The notes under the pieces were generated by a model. That model did not search any database, was not told the DNA's origin, and worked only from the letters and a program-made list of their open reading frames with translations. The translations under genes were made by a program, and so were the position numbers. A stretch of 64,000 nt of DNA from Podarcis liolepis (taxonomy: Eukaryota): the NCBI GenBank assembly GCA_965112155.1, contig OZ218105.1, one strand, 5' to 3'. Below are positions 39,801 to 52,611 of this stretch, one piece after another. Position 1 is the first letter of the stretch. Every line of letters starts with the position of its first letter.

Positions 39801-41647
39801 GGAGCAATCCTATCCTCCCTTAGAACATGCTGACAGTTACCACTGCACTTGGAGCTACTGGATTGACATATTGAAAGCTTATTAGGATCACTGACCAGCA
39901 ACTCTCAGATTAGAAAATCCACATAAGGATTTTACAAGGTAGCCCAAGGACTGCCTTTAAAGGAAAATAAAACTTTTTCAAAAAAGTTAATAGCTGCTTC
40001 AAGCGGCCACAAAGCACAGCTGATGCCAGGTATGTTGAAAATAGGGTTTCATATGCCACTGGGAGCAGTGACATACCTTCCCTCCCAGGAACAACATATG
40101 CAAAAAAACCACCCCTGCCCTGTCATCACATCCCAATGCTCCCGGGGGCAATTGAGGCTCCCATTGTGAATATGTGCAGCAGCAGCTAGACTTTCTAGCC
40201 ACTTGGAAAGGGTATTATAGGTAAGAAGAAGACAACATTCATTAAAAGGCAGTCCTCAGGCTGCTTCATAAGTACTTTTAAACAATATTGTGCAGGGTTC
40301 CCCCCTCCAAAAAATAATAATTTCACACATTTAATGCAGGAGGAGGATGGAACAGAAATCCTTATGAACACATGCAAAAGTAATTCAAATAGATTTAGAC
40401 TGACAAGCACCCTACAAGCACCCAACTCCATTTAATTCTCTTTAAAGCAATTCTCTTTATACAGCCTATCCTTATCATTTCCAGAGATCAATAAAAACTT
40501 CTCACTTCAAACCAGTGAAATAAATAGTTTAGCTAGAACTTGTGTTATGTCTATTGACTTTTGTTAAGGTTGTATTTTTTGTGCTATACATATTTAGCTT
40601 CTGCTACCTCATATTTTCTTAGCACTAAAGTAACTTACTTCCATGTTGAAGGGTGGGTGCTGAGGCTTCAGATAAAATTGCTGGATTGGCTGGGTTTGAA
40701 GCAAAAGATGTCTGTGCCTGCACAGGAAGATAAAGTAAAAACTTTTTAAAGTTTATAAACAGACATAGTTCTATAATACAACAGGCATGTGGGTTGCATA
40801 GCCAAAAACTTTTAATTATGCCTTTAGGTTACATAAATATTTAGTTACAAGCCAATATGTTCCAGTTGTTAAGAGTTACAAGTTACATTACAATGTTTGC
40901 TTGCTCACAAAAATATGTGAATTTCAAAATGGGGAACTTATTTTCAAAACAATTTTCTAACCTGTTTAGGAGTAACTTTGTTTGAGGAGTGGGACTTAAT
41001 GCCGAGGAAACGCATGCCTTATTCTATAATAGCTACTTTTATCAAAACACATATTGAATGTGTACTACAAATACTTTTATTCTTTATCCTTTGCTTTACT
41101 TTTGAGTTTCCTTAATACAAATTTGGAAATTTATCTGATAAATAAAAACAGATCAGGCTCTAAAGAACTATACTAAAGAATTAGTTCCATACACCTAAAA
41201 GGCTTTGGATTTGTGACCCATTCAAATAGTGCATGGTAAAGTTACTTTTCAAACAGAGTGAATTTCAAGGCAATTTGTGACAGTGTTTGGAACCGCAGCA
41301 AAAATAATTCAAGTATTACATCAGAAAGGTTCACAGGATGCCTGCATATCCATCCATCCACACACACACACACATACTTGGAGAGGCCTAAACTGTCGGA
41401 GCTCACACTTAGTGTAATTATTATAACAGCAGAAACTATGCACATAATTAAAAGATAATCTTTATACAAGAATATATTTTTATGTGCTGGTCTACAAGAT
41501 ACAGAAATATGTTTTTCAAAAATAGAATTTTCAAATGGTTACTGTTTTGACCTTCAGCAAACACTGGTTTCCCCCATAAAATATACTTTGACATACCTGA
41601 ATTACTTTGTCCACCTTGAGATCCTCCAGGGAAGGATACAGCGACAT
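34496..41647 (-). CDS. SDCBP: SDCBP / syntenin-1 (tandem PDZ), 8 coding exons, 297 aa
   Basis: Exons join to 894 nt: [17 protein letters not shown]...[15 protein letters not shown] (LYPxL ALIX-binding motifs)...PDZ1 [19 protein letters not shown]...PDZ2 [20 protein letters not shown]...MDHTIPEV*. Confidence 0.98.
35065..35156 (-). CDS. SDCBP: SDCBP exon 8
   Basis: [30 protein letters not shown]. Confidence 0.96.
36027..36198 (-). CDS. SDCBP: SDCBP exon 7 (PDZ2)
   Basis: [57 protein letters not shown]. Confidence 0.97.
36439..36756. mobile_element. Tigger-like MITE interrupted in its left TIR by BovB
   Basis: Right TIR ttcgagaaccaaggtaccactg-TA; left TIR split. Confidence 0.8.
36458..36535 (+). 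mobile_element. RTE-BovB LINE 3' tail (about 80 bp)
   Basis: gcctggcgtgctctggtccatggggtcacaaacagtcggacacgact...(caa)n; 12-bp TSD aacttgg(c/t)tctc. Confidence 0.85.
36817..36849. repeat. (GT)n microsatellite
   Basis: direct reading. Confidence 0.95.
37386..37561 (-). CDS. SDCBP: SDCBP exon 6 (PDZ1)
   Basis: [58 protein letters not shown]. Confidence 0.97.
38458..38616 (-). CDS. SDCBP: SDCBP exon 5
   Basis: [53 protein letters not shown]. Confidence 0.95.
38680..38925 (-). mobile_element. Tigger-like MITE
   Basis: TA TSD; ends cagtcatacctc / gaggtaccactg. Confidence 0.85.
39592..39701 (-). CDS. SDCBP: SDCBP exon 4
   Basis: [36 protein letters not shown]. Confidence 0.96.
40639..40717 (-). 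CDS. SDCBP: SDCBP exon 3
   Basis: [26 protein letters not shown]. Confidence 0.95.
41597..41647 (-). CDS. SDCBP: SDCBP exon 2 coding part (exon 41597-41661)
   Basis: ATG; [17 protein letters not shown]|gtatgt. Confidence 0.96.
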
Positions 41648-42047
41648 TTTCAAGAATTAGCCTGAAAGAAATAAAACAAAAAGTCTTAAAATGAACGAGG
41701 AAGTAGCACTTATATGCAAGTTGGGTACAGAATTGCCTAGCATAGCTTTATGTTTTTAATCCCTCAGAAACTAACTTTTTTCAAGTCATATCTGTGCACC
41801 ATGCAAATTACAGCACAATTCCATGCAAACTTACTCAAAAGCAAGTTCAGCAATATAAAACAGGTCTTGCTACCAGGTAAACATCAATATGACTGCACTC
41901 TTACCTATGCTTTACAGCACAAGGAATTTGCATGGCACACAAGACAGTCTTGATGGACACAGGGGAAAGAATAGCCTTTCCATTCCTTGCAATACCCTCT
42001 TATGCTGTCTCTATGCATACCAATATGCTTTCACACTGACAAAAGTA

Positions 42048-42286
42048 CAGTGGTACCTCTGGTTACGAACGGATCCATTCTGGAGGCCCGTTCACAACCT
42101 GAAAGGAACGCCACCCGCGTCTGTGCGTGCGCATGTCGCGATTCACCGCTTCTACGTGTGACGTCATTTTGCGCGTCTGCGCATGCGGTGAAAACCAGAA
42201 GTAACCCTTTTCGGTACTTCCAGGTCGCCACGGGACACAACCTGAAAACGCTCAACCTGAAGCAAATGTAACATGAGGTATGACTG
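42048..42286 (+). mobile_element. Tigger-like MITE (family of 38680, inverted)
   Basis: TA TSD; ends cagtggtacctc / gaggtatgactg. Confidence 0.85.
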
Positions 42287-42830
42287 TATGGAGAAAGTAA
42301 GGCTCTATTGTAACCACTGGGATTCCTTCACATGCGTGTTTTGCACCTACACTTGAGTAAATTGAGCCTCAGTTTTTTTAATATATAGTTGGTTATCCTA
42401 TCCTAGAATGACTATCACACTAGAAACATGCACTTTCCATTACAATATCTAATGCAAATATGCAGCTCTTCAGCAGTCCAACAGAAATCAGATGCTCTGA
42501 GTGCTAGTCACCATTTGTATGCACAAATGTATCTTGCAGAAATCTTATCAGTTGTCATTGATGAAAGAGTACTGAAAGAGCACTGGGGAGGCTGAAATTT
42601 GTTTTAAAACACTATTTTACAGTTCAGGTTGTTATCTTTTCCCATCTACCCCACTAGAAGGGAATATTTGATTGCATACTGGAATCCTCACTTTCTGAAT
42701 AGTAGCCAAGGTTGTCAATTTGAGCTACAAATGAATCCATCTTTTTACTGGGTTAATTTTACAGATTCCCTCCTCTCCATCTTTTCATCCAATACAAACT
42801 GACTGCACTGGGAGTCAAAGGGACAGTATA

Positions 42831-43072
42831 CAGTGGTGCCTCGGGATGCGAACGGGATCTGTTCCGGAGCCCCAATCACATCCTGAATACAACGTAAGAC
42901 GCGACTGCACGTCTGCGTGGCTCGAGTTTTGCCGCTTCCGCACATGACGTCGTTTTGAGCGTCTGCACATGCGGTGAAACCAGGAAGTAATGTGCTCCGT
43001 TACTTCCGGGTTGCCGCGGAGCACAACTCGAATACGCTCAATCCGAAGCACGTTCAGCCCAAGGTATGACTA
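42831..43072 (+). mobile_element. Tigger-like MITE (family of 38680, inverted)
   Basis: TA TSD; cagtggtgcctcgggatgcgaacggg...aaggtatgacta. Confidence 0.85.
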
Positions 43073-43689
43073 TAATAGATGTGAACTAATAATTCCAAAA
43101 CCTTTGATCCAACTCTACAATTCTATGATTCTATTATTCTCTCTTTCTACTTTTCTACTCTTTTCTACATAAGTTTTACAACCATTTATTAGGAAGTATT
43201 ATTCCTCCCCTTTCCCTATTAGGTTGGAGCAAAAAGAGAGTTGCCCTCAACATGCCCCAGGATATGGACAAATATTGGCTTGGTTTACTTGGTTCAATTA
43301 ACCTTACTAACAACTTATGTTTGAAAAGAAACACAAAAAAAATCACACTAAAAGCCAAGCTTCTAAAATATTTCAGGATTTGCATGTAACCTAGGAGATA
43401 ATTAGCCAGTAGCTAAATGCTTGGATTATGTGTGCGCTCACCCCGCCCGCCCCCGCAAGAGACCTTGGAAGTTGTTTAAAAACACAATATTAGAAGCTCA
43501 ATATTAGAAGCTGCAGATCAGGAAATATACCACAAGGACCAAGAGGATCCCAGCATGCTTAGAGACAAGAAGGTTTCCTTCAAAAATTTAAGTATTGTCC
43601 AAATTAAGAGAACAAAAAGGAACACAAACTTTGACCAAAAAAGTGAAAGCAGACAAAAGGTTCTTAAAATATATTAGTAGCAGGAGAGT

Positions 43690-45470
43690 CTAGGGAGGTG
43701 GTGTGCTACAGAAGGATAGTAAGATTGCAGAGAAACTGAATGAACTCTCTGCATCTGTTTTCACAATGCAAGATATATGACAGATCCCAGTGCCTGAACT
43801 AACTTTTACTGAAGGCAAGTCTGAGGAACTGAGGCAGATAATGGTGACGAGAGATGAAGTTCTCGCCCTTACTGGCACAATAAAAAGTGACAAATTGCTG
43901 GGTCTGGATGGCATCCAACCAAGAGTTCTCAAATAACTCAACTGTGAAATTGCTAATCTTCTAACAAATGTATGCACTTTATTCCTCAGATGAGCCTCCA
44001 TTCCTGAGGACTGTAGTCAATGTAACACTTTTTTTAAAAACAGATTGGGCAGGGAGAGAGGATCCTAGAAATTAAAAGCTAGTTAGCTTAACGTCTGTCC
44101 CTCCCAAAACTGGTGTAAAATACTGTTAAAGATAAAATAACCAAGCATGCAGAAGAACAAACCTGAAACAAAGCCAGCATAGCTTCTGCAAGGGTGAGTC
44201 CTATCTAACATAACAATTCTTTGAGAGCGTCAACAAACATGTAGATAGAGGTGATCTGGTTGATGTTGTGTTCTTGTACTTTCAAAAAGCTTTTGACAAG
44301 TTACCTCACCAAATATTCCTGGGTAACCTTAACAGTTGTTTAATAAAAGGAGAGGTCATCTTGTGGATCAATAATTGGTTAAGTAGCAGGAACCAGAAAG
44401 TAGGAATAAATGAAGAATTCTCCAAATGGAGAAGTGTAGAAAGTGGGAGTCCTTCAAGGGTCAGTATTGAGACGTATGCTTTTTAACTTATTCATAAACA
44501 ATCTAGAGTAAGGAGTGAGCAACACAGTGGCCAAGTTTGCTGATTACACTGAATTGTTCAGGGTTGTTAAAAGAAAAAGACGTTGTGAAGATCTCAAAAG
44601 AGAATCTCTCCAAACTGAATGAATGGGCAGTAAAATAGCAAATTCAATTCAATGTAAACAAGTGTAAAGTGTCAGGGCAAAACCCCTTAAATTTCACATA
44701 TATGCTCATGGGGTCTGAACTTGCGACTGATTAGGAACAAGACCTTGAGGTCACAATAGATAGCCTGATGAAGATGGCAACCCAATGCGCAGAGGCCATG
44801 AAAAAAGCAAATTCCATGCTAGGGAGCATTAGGAAAGAAACTGAAATTAAAACTGCCAATATCATGGTGCCATTATACAAATCTATGGTGTGACAACATT
44901 TGGAATACTGTGGACAGTTCTGGCCGCCTAACCTCAATCAATCAATTAATCAGTAAAACAGTAGAGTTGGAAAAGGTTCAGAAAAGAGCAACCAAAATGA
45001 TCAAGGCGTGGAGTGACTCCCCTATGATAAATGGTTGCAGCATATGGGACTTTTTAGAGAAAGGTTGAGCAGAAATGACATGAAGATGTTTATAAAAAAT
45101 TATACATGGTATGGAGAAAGTGAAAGCAGAAAATGTTTCCTCTTTCTCTCATATCACAAGAGTGCATGCATATTCAACATAGATAAATTACTTCTTCATG
45201 CAACACAGTTAAACTATGGAAGTCACTCCCACAAGAGACAGTGACGCCCATCAACTTGGATGATTTTAAAAAGACTGGACAAATTCATGGAGAATAAGAT
45301 TACCAATGATTACTAGCCATGATAGCCATGCTCTGCCTCCAAAGTCGGAGGCAGTGATGTTTCTGAATATCAGTTGCTACAGGATGGGAGAATGCTCTTG
45401 TGCCCAAGGTCCTGCTTGCAGGTTTCCCACAGGCATTTGGTTGGCTGCTGTGAGAGAAGGATGCTGCATT
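43690..45470 (+). mobile_element. CR1 LINE, 5'-truncated, degenerate (SDCBP intron 1, antisense to gene)
   Basis: Broken ORF2 motifs: GLDGIQPRVL, FQKAFDKLPH, KFADYTEL, LEYCGQFW, LEKVQKRATKMI, then a CR1 3' region. Confidence 0.9.
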
Positions 45471-45764
45471 TTGCATATTTTAAAAAATGACTGAACAAAT
45501 ACAGCCAAAGTGTCAATTTATATCGAGAGAGAAAAAGTGGGGTTATGGGCAGGAGAAAAGTCTGCCAAAATATGAAGTACAACTTCATTCAAAAAGACTG
45601 TATGTGTATTTCATCCAAGTATACATTTGGAACAGAAAGCACAGATCCTCTAAAGCTGCAATCCTGAACACTCATACTAAACAGTTAGCCTAACTGAAAA
45701 CACACTTTCACATATAGGACTGTGTTAGATAGAATTCAAAAAGAAAACAATTCCCATTCATTTT

Positions 45765-45976
45765 TCCAGAGGGGTAGTTGTGTTGGCCTGCTGCAGTAAA
45801 CCCAACAAGGAGTCTCGTGGCAATCAAATGTATTATGGCCTAAGCTTTTGTGGACTACAGTACATCCCATCAGAATGCAACACCCACGAAATTCAACATA
45901 TCTGTGGCTCGTGAAAGCTTATGTCACAATAAATCTGTTAAGTTTTCAAAATATCTCAAGACTTTGTTTTGCTGTT
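45765..45976. mobile_element. Degenerate head-to-head Neptune-type PLE 3'-end relic
   Basis: Left arm (-) ctgatgggatgtactgtagtccacaaaagcttagg; right arm (+) gtgaaagcttatgtcacaataaatctgttaag. Confidence 0.65.
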
Positions 45977-46229
45977 GTCGTCGTGTGGGGTACACACACG
46001 CAGATGAAGAACAAGGTAGGTATTAAATACTGTAACGCAAAATAAAGGTTCGATGGATCCCTGTAGGGTTTGCTGTGAATATCAAAACAGATCCCGACTT
46101 TCAGAGGATGTAAATCACATGAGTGGAAAGAGCCCTGCGCCACTCACAGAAATAGGACTACATACTTCCTTCTCCCACCTTTAAAGTAAACAGTCTACGT
46201 AACGAAACCAAATGGACCCGAGTCTTGCT

Positions 46230-47110
46230 TCCTCCGCCGACCTCAACTTCGCTCTCTGAGCCAAAAGACAACCCTCCCCGTCCCCGCGATAAACCCCCTG
46301 CCCTTTATTGGCCCGACTCCTCCCCTCCAATCTCAACCTTGTTCCCCGCCCCTCGAGGGAGACGGAGGTCCGCGTGGGCCGCCCGCCCTCCTTCCCTCCC
46401 ACAGGAGCCCCGCCAAGCTGCTGCTCCCCCTTCGCCCTCGCGAGACTCAGGGGGAAAGGGGCTCGCTTCCGCCGAGGCTTCCCGCCCCGCCACCCCGGCC
46501 GTTACGTGGGGGGGGGGGGCGAAACACCCGCGCAGAAACCAGGGGCGTCGCCTCCCGAAGCCCGTTTTCTGACCCGAGGCGCGCCTCTGAGCATACGGAG
46601 AGCGCGCTCCCCATGACCCGCCCCGCTCAGCCGGAGCCAGAGGAAAGGGGGCTGTTTCCGCCTCAAACGGGCCTGGCCGAAGCCCCCGCGTCGCTTTACC
46701 GAGGGAGGGAGACGCTGCTGCCCCCGGCCCAGCCGCCAAGGGAGAACAGAGGGCCCGGCCCAGCCTGCTTCAGGCCTCTCGCCCGCCCGCCCGCCCGCCC
46801 GCCCCGCTTCTCCCGCGTCCTCCCCCGACGGTGTCCTAAAAGATGAGAGGCTCACCGAACGAGTCGAGGGCGACGGCTTCGATTCCCGGACCGTTAAGCG
46901 CAAGGCTGGCTGTGAGGCGGAGGCTCTTGCTTCAGGTCCTGGCGTTTCCTCTATGAGGAGGAGGCGGCGTCGGGCGAAACACAAGCCAGCTGGCGGAGAG
47001 TCCTGCGCGCATGCGCCACCAGCGGCGGGAGGGGGGCGGACGGGCTGGTGGTTGTCTTAGGCAGGCTTGTTTGATCAGGCCTGATGGACTCCGGGGGGGC
47101 ACCCCCCCCC
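46230..47110 (-). promoter_or_regulatory. SDCBP: CpG island promoter and non-coding exon 1 of SDCBP
   Basis: GC/CpG-dense stretch. Minus-strand donor CG|GTGAG with exon end at 46856. NRF1-type palindrome GCGCATGCGC at 47007-47016 and GC boxes (GGGGCGG) just upstream. Confidence 0.8.
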
Positions 47111-47889
47111 AAGCACAAGTCAGCTATCTCGAAGCACGGGACTCACTTTGTGTATGTGTGTTAAGGCAAGGCTGGCCCAAGACATTTTGGCACAATTGCA
47201 GCTCCATCCCCACCAGGGAAGAAGGGGTGAGGAATCAGGAACAAAGCAGGAAAGAATGTTGACATTAGGATCTGCTGTCCCCTGTGGATACTGCTGCCTG
47301 AGGCAGTCACCTCAGCTTGTCTCATGGGTGGGCTGGCCCTGTGTGAATGTCTAGCTGCCAATGGAGTGCTGAACTGGGGCTCAGCTCTTTCATACACACA
47401 GTTTGTCACTTCAGCTGATGAATGTGCCCCATGTAGAGATGGACTTGCTTTATAGATCATAAAGGTGTACATGGACATAAAGAAAGGGGGGACCTTATAG
47501 CAACATTGGTCTTTGAATCACATGAATATATTTTGAACAGCATTTATCTTCGGCAAGTTCACTCACTAGAAAAATAGTGTGACTAAGGTTCTGCAATTTC
47601 CCATAAGTTCTATAAAGCAGTCTCATGACAAGCGGCAAAGTTCCTCAAATTTCATGCGTGTTATGCATCATTCAAATAAGAACTTTCATAACAGCAGCTG
47701 ATTTCTAAAGGTCATGGATTTCTAGAAGCAGCCCACTGTTGATTTCAGTTCATCTCCACAGTATAGCCATTTTAGATAATTCTTTTTCACACATGAAACA
47801 AAAAATTGATTTCATACTTACAATACTGCATCTCAATTTACTACCAGGCCAAGTTTACAATTTTGTTATTGACTTTTAATGCCCTAAAC

Positions 47890-48346
47890 CAGTGATTTTC
47901 AGTCTGTGTGACATGGCACCCTGGGGTGCCTTGAATGATGGTCAGGGATGCCATGAGCAACACTGTCCCTCTTTCCTTCCCTCCCTCCTGACACCCTCTT
48001 GCATCTCTGCCTCTCAAAGGCTTGCACAGCTGTTTATTGCATCAGCCCTGGCTGTAGGCTCTGCAGGCGAATGGTGCCTCTGAGACCCACCTCTCTTTGG
48101 GGCAATGGAGGAGGGGCAGCTCAGAGACCAGGGATGGCAGCAGCTGCTGCCCAGAGGACTCCCAAGAAGAGGGGAGAGGAGGCTGAGGGAACACTCCACA
48201 AGGGAGGGCGTTTGAAAAGGGTGAGAGGCTGCCAGCTCTGCAGGCAAGGGGTGACATAACTGGGCTCCTGAGTCCCACAGGGGTGCCACAGAAAGAATGT
48301 AGTTGGTCAAGGGAGCCGTGGATTCAAAAAAGGTTGAAAACATCTG
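47890..48346. mobile_element. hAT non-autonomous element
   Basis: TIR cagtgattttca/tgaaaacatctg, perfect TSD ccctaaac. Confidence 0.8.
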
Positions 48347-48757
48347 CCCTAAACAACTTGGGCGCCTCCCTGATATATCTTTCCATTCATTAAGTGATTT
48401 GGATGAGGCCCTCCTGTTGTGTTGCAGATTGCTGATGTTCATATTGAGCAGGGTCTTTTCTGAGTTGTTGCCCAGCTTGTAGAATCCTCTCCTTTTGGAA
48501 AGAAGATAAGCACCAGCTTGCTAAAAAACATACTTCTTGGCCCAAGCATTTGATGGTTGTTGGTTATTGTAGATACTGCTGTCCTCTAGATTTAATGGCA
48601 GATTTTATCTAATTTGATCTGTATTATTCATGGAATCAATTTAATGAAAGGTGCTGTAGAAGTGTATTCAATAAATAAATAAACCTCCTTCATGATCAAA
48701 TTATATCACAGTTCTGGGGCACCAATGTTCTTGTGCAGGAGATATCAGTTGTATTTG

Positions 48758-49276
48758 TTTTTGTTTTTTTAAAATATATTTATTAACTTTTCAAAAATTA
48801 TACAAAAAAGACAAAAAACAAAAATACAAAAATTAACAACACGTATAATTTCATTCACTTATTTTCTTTTAACTTATTTCTCGGACCTCCTCATACCTCC
48901 CCTTTTTGTATTCCAGTTCCAATTATTCATTCAGCAAATCCTCACCTTTAATTTTCACTTAATTTTACACCTTTCTTTCTTCTTTTTTCCCCAATTATCT
49001 TAATCATTACAGCTAGTAACCCCTTATTCAGTCCAACATCAATCTAACATTCACTAATTTTATAATATTTCCCAAGATAGTCCTTAAATTTCTTCCAATC
49101 TTCTTCCGCCGTCTCTCTTCCCTGGTTTCGGATTCTGCCAGTCATTTCTGCCAGTCCCATGTAGTCTATCACCTTCATCTGCCATTCTCCCAAGGTGGGT
49201 AGATCTTGTGTCTTCCAGTACTTTGCAATAAGTATTCTTGCTGCCATTGTTGTGTACATAAAAAATGTTCTGTCTT
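48758..49276 (-). mobile_element. L1/Tx1-clade LINE 3' fragment with 19-bp TSD
   Basis: ORF2 C-terminus AARILIAKYWK...W..F..YL*, A-rich tail, TSD gagatatcagttgtatttg at 48739-48757 and 49277-49295. Confidence 0.85.
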
Positions 49277-49764
49277 GAGATATCAGTTGTATTTGATGGC
49301 GAAGTGATGATATTCAATTTTGAGGGTCAGGAGAAAATGCTATTTATGTTAATCCATTACTGGATATTACAGTCAGAATTACATTTTTCTTAGAAGAATC
49401 TGGATTTTTCTTACAAAAACTGAACTCTGGGTTGTACCCATTGAAATTGTCCCATCATGCAATGGGGCTTCCTCTCCCTGTGCACTCCCCAATTCTGTTC
49501 TTGGGGTTCTCCCAACTCTCCAGAACAGATGTGGAAGAGGGTACACAGAGAGGAAAGGAATTTCCATTGCACAGTCGGAAGTCCTTGTGCTGATGGGATG
49601 ACTTTGCTGGATACTGCACTATTTCATTATGATCAGCCTTCCTGGTGACTCATCCTGAGAACTAGCTTGCCTGCCTTCAGTACTTGAAATTGTATCTCTA
49701 AACATCTTTCTTGTCCTTCAGAAACCTCTGACACAGTGCATCTCTGTCACACTAGAAACTGTAG

Positions 49765-49767
<3 letters not shown>

Positions 49768-49807
<40 letters not shown>
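49768..49807. repeat. (CAT)n microsatellite
   Basis: direct reading. Confidence 0.95.
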
Positions 49808-50950
49808 GATAAAAATCTGAACTACCTTAATCTATTGGGAATGTTTGGTCAGAAAGAATTTGGTATTTACATGCTCTTCAATACTATAAGTCTTGTGGAA
49901 TTCAATTTGATACCTATTTACGTATTTTCTTTCTCCTTTATTGTGTCTTGTCACCCCTTTTCTTTCCTTCTGATTCTGAAACTAGTTTTCTTTGCTTAAG
50001 AAATTTCTGATGTTTCTATTTCCATTTCCATTATTTAATAATGCATTCTGTTAAATATTTTACATCAATGAGTTTGCAGCTCTTGAGTGAACCACAGACA
50101 CATTGTAACATTTGTGGTTTGAGTATGTCACATTTGAACTATTCTACCACCACAAAAGTGAATTCAGGACACTTGTAGATGGTTTATTTTTAAAAGTCTG
50201 TTCAGTAAACCCACAGTCTGAGGGAGGCTTGCGTAAATATTTATTCGATGATTTTAGCTACATGCTAAATTTATAGATGTGTTCTATATATAAACAACAT
50301 GCAAATGAGGTGGGCAACAAAAGCCTGCTGTTTCTTGTGAAAAAGAACACAATATAACACATATATATTCCATATATATATAATTGCAGGCAAATCTCAA
50401 TTTGCTAAATCTCAGTTTTTTCAACGAGACTTTTGGGTGTATGATTAGACTTTCAGCCTGAAGTTGGAAACACTGAAACAAAAAACATCAAGGACAAATG
50501 CAAATAGGATCTATGCCAAATTGTTTCTTCCCTATCTACCCACAGGGACAGGGAGACAACCTGAATGTTAGAACTCATGCAAGCAACCCCAGATTCAATC
50601 ATTGGCATCTCCAGGATCATACAGCCTTTCCCAAGCTGGCATCCTTGAGATGTTGGATTCGCATGAGGTCCGGCCAGCACTGTTAGTGGTCAGGCATGAT
50701 GGGAGCTGAAAGGCACCAGACTGGGGAAAGCAGGAAAGAGCTGGTTCTGAGACCTTGGATTGCTTGCTGCTAGAGTAGGCAATACTGTGCTCAATGGCTA
50801 GATGGTCTGACTGCTATAGGGGACATTTTGATGTTCTAGCTCCACTCACAGAACAAGTCTTCCCTTTCTGTTGCTGTGAGTCACAGAGAACCTACGGTAA
50901 TTACTTGTGTTTTAGGCCTCACTAACCTATACACTCACTAACCTATAACT

Positions 50951-51299
50951 GGGACGCGGGTGGCGCTGTGGGTTAAACCACAGAGCCTAGGACTTGCCGA
51001 TCAGAAGGTCGGCGGTTCGAATCCCCGTGATGGAGATTCCCGTTGCTCAGTCCCTGCTCCTGCCCACCTAGCAGTTCGAAAGCACGTCAAAGTACAAGTA
51101 GATAAATAGGTACTGCTCCAGCGGGAAGGTAAACAGCGTTTCTGTGCGCTGCTCTGGTTTGCCAGAAGTGGCTTAGTCATGCTGGGCACATGACCCGGAA
51201 GCTGTACGCCGGCTCCCTCGACCAATAAAGCGAGATGAGCCCCGCAACCCCAGAGTCGGCCACGACTGGACCTAACGGTCAGAGGTCCCTTTACCTTTT
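50951..51299 (+). mobile_element. Sauria SINE (full length)
   Basis: gggacgcgggtggcgctgtgg (A box)...ggttcgaatcc (B box)...BovB-like tail gagtcggccacgactgga and (acctt)n end; TSD about taacctata. Confidence 0.92.
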
Positions 51300-51858
51300 A
51301 ACCTATACAAAATACACTCAGCGGTAGGATAGTTTGTGCTTTTCTTAATTAGTTTCTGTTGCCATTAAATTGCTGCTAATGTTATTTTGGCCTGGCCTTA
51401 AGTGTACAAGAAGACAGGAAGAAATGTGAAAAAGTGGAGGAACAAAAATGGCTGGAGGTAGACATTGCACTACCTTCCACTACCTTTTCCTTGCAATCGT
51501 TTATCATGTAGGCTTTGAAAATATTTGCACAAGGACAGGTGACTTAGCAACCTGAGAGAAATGTAAATACAGTGTTAAACAAAGAACAATGCTGTTGGAT
51601 ATTCATACATAGAAAAGGCCAAAAATAACCCTAGGTCTCTAAGACAATCCAGATAATGATTCTATGAAAATAATTACACAAAAGTATACAGTTCCTCAAG
51701 CTAACTTGCTTAGATGCTGTCCTAAAACTAGGCCTTTTTAAAACTACTAATATTAAGCTCAACTGAATACTCAAAATATTCTATTTATGAAGCAATAAAA
51801 AGAGTGATAATGCTGCCCATATATTATATGTGCATTATATGTGAGTGAAAGTTATTAG

Positions 51859-52153
51859 CAGTGGTGTGTGGTGAACTTTTTGTTGTAGGGGAACAGTTAG
51901 GGCCAGAGGCAGCAGCTTGCAAGGCTGACTGAGTTGGGGGCAGACATTGCATGTGTGAGCATCACACCTCCCTCCCTAAGACTGGCAGAAGCTTCCTGGG
52001 CTTTGGGAAGGAGGTACCAGGCCACTTGACAGGATGCTGAAGCTCTGCTGCCACCTTCCCAAAGCCAGGTGGGCTTTGAGGAGGTGGCAGGAGTGCTCTT
52101 GGACCCTTTAGGGGGCTAACCTAGTCCCCTAGTCAATTGACCGCACACCACTG
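51859..52153. mobile_element. Probable old DNA-transposon MITE
   Basis: TIR cagtggtgtgtggtga/tgaccgcacaccactg; TSD not recognisable. Confidence 0.5.
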
Positions 52154-52611
52154 CCAATGATATTTGTTGTTGTGTCACATCATGCCCACTGTTGTGAATG
52201 AAATTTAGTGCAAGATGCTGTTATGCTTCTCAAAAAGCCACAGTTCCATAAAGCAGCAGGTCAACTGCAGTGTGAAAGGAAAGCTAGCACAGAAGTGCTA
52301 GCCCTATAAACAGGAAAACTAACCCAATATTCTCCATGTCGGAATGCACCCTCAGTTCTCGTACTTCAAGAACATCAGAATAATGACTTCGTACAATTAC
52401 ACCCATTCACTTCATTTCTTTTAGCCAATTCAAAATCAGGCTGCACCACATGCCCTGGTCTTTTCCTTTTCTTTTTTGATAATGTATTCCCCCCTCCCCC
52501 CGAATAGGGGGTCTACTGTGATACAGTCTACAGTGGTTCTCAAAGGGTTTTCCAGGAGAGGATGGCAAGTGTGGCATGAAGATTCAAGGACAGTCAAAGG
52601 AACATTGAAAC

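Noticed and set aside
46181-47262. Several 70-160-aa ORFs
   Set aside because: Stop-poor GC-rich CpG island; low-complexity Arg/Pro/Gly translations on both strands.
49736-49999. Poly-histidine protein ORF
   Set aside because: Translation of a (CAT)n microsatellite; no splice or homology support.
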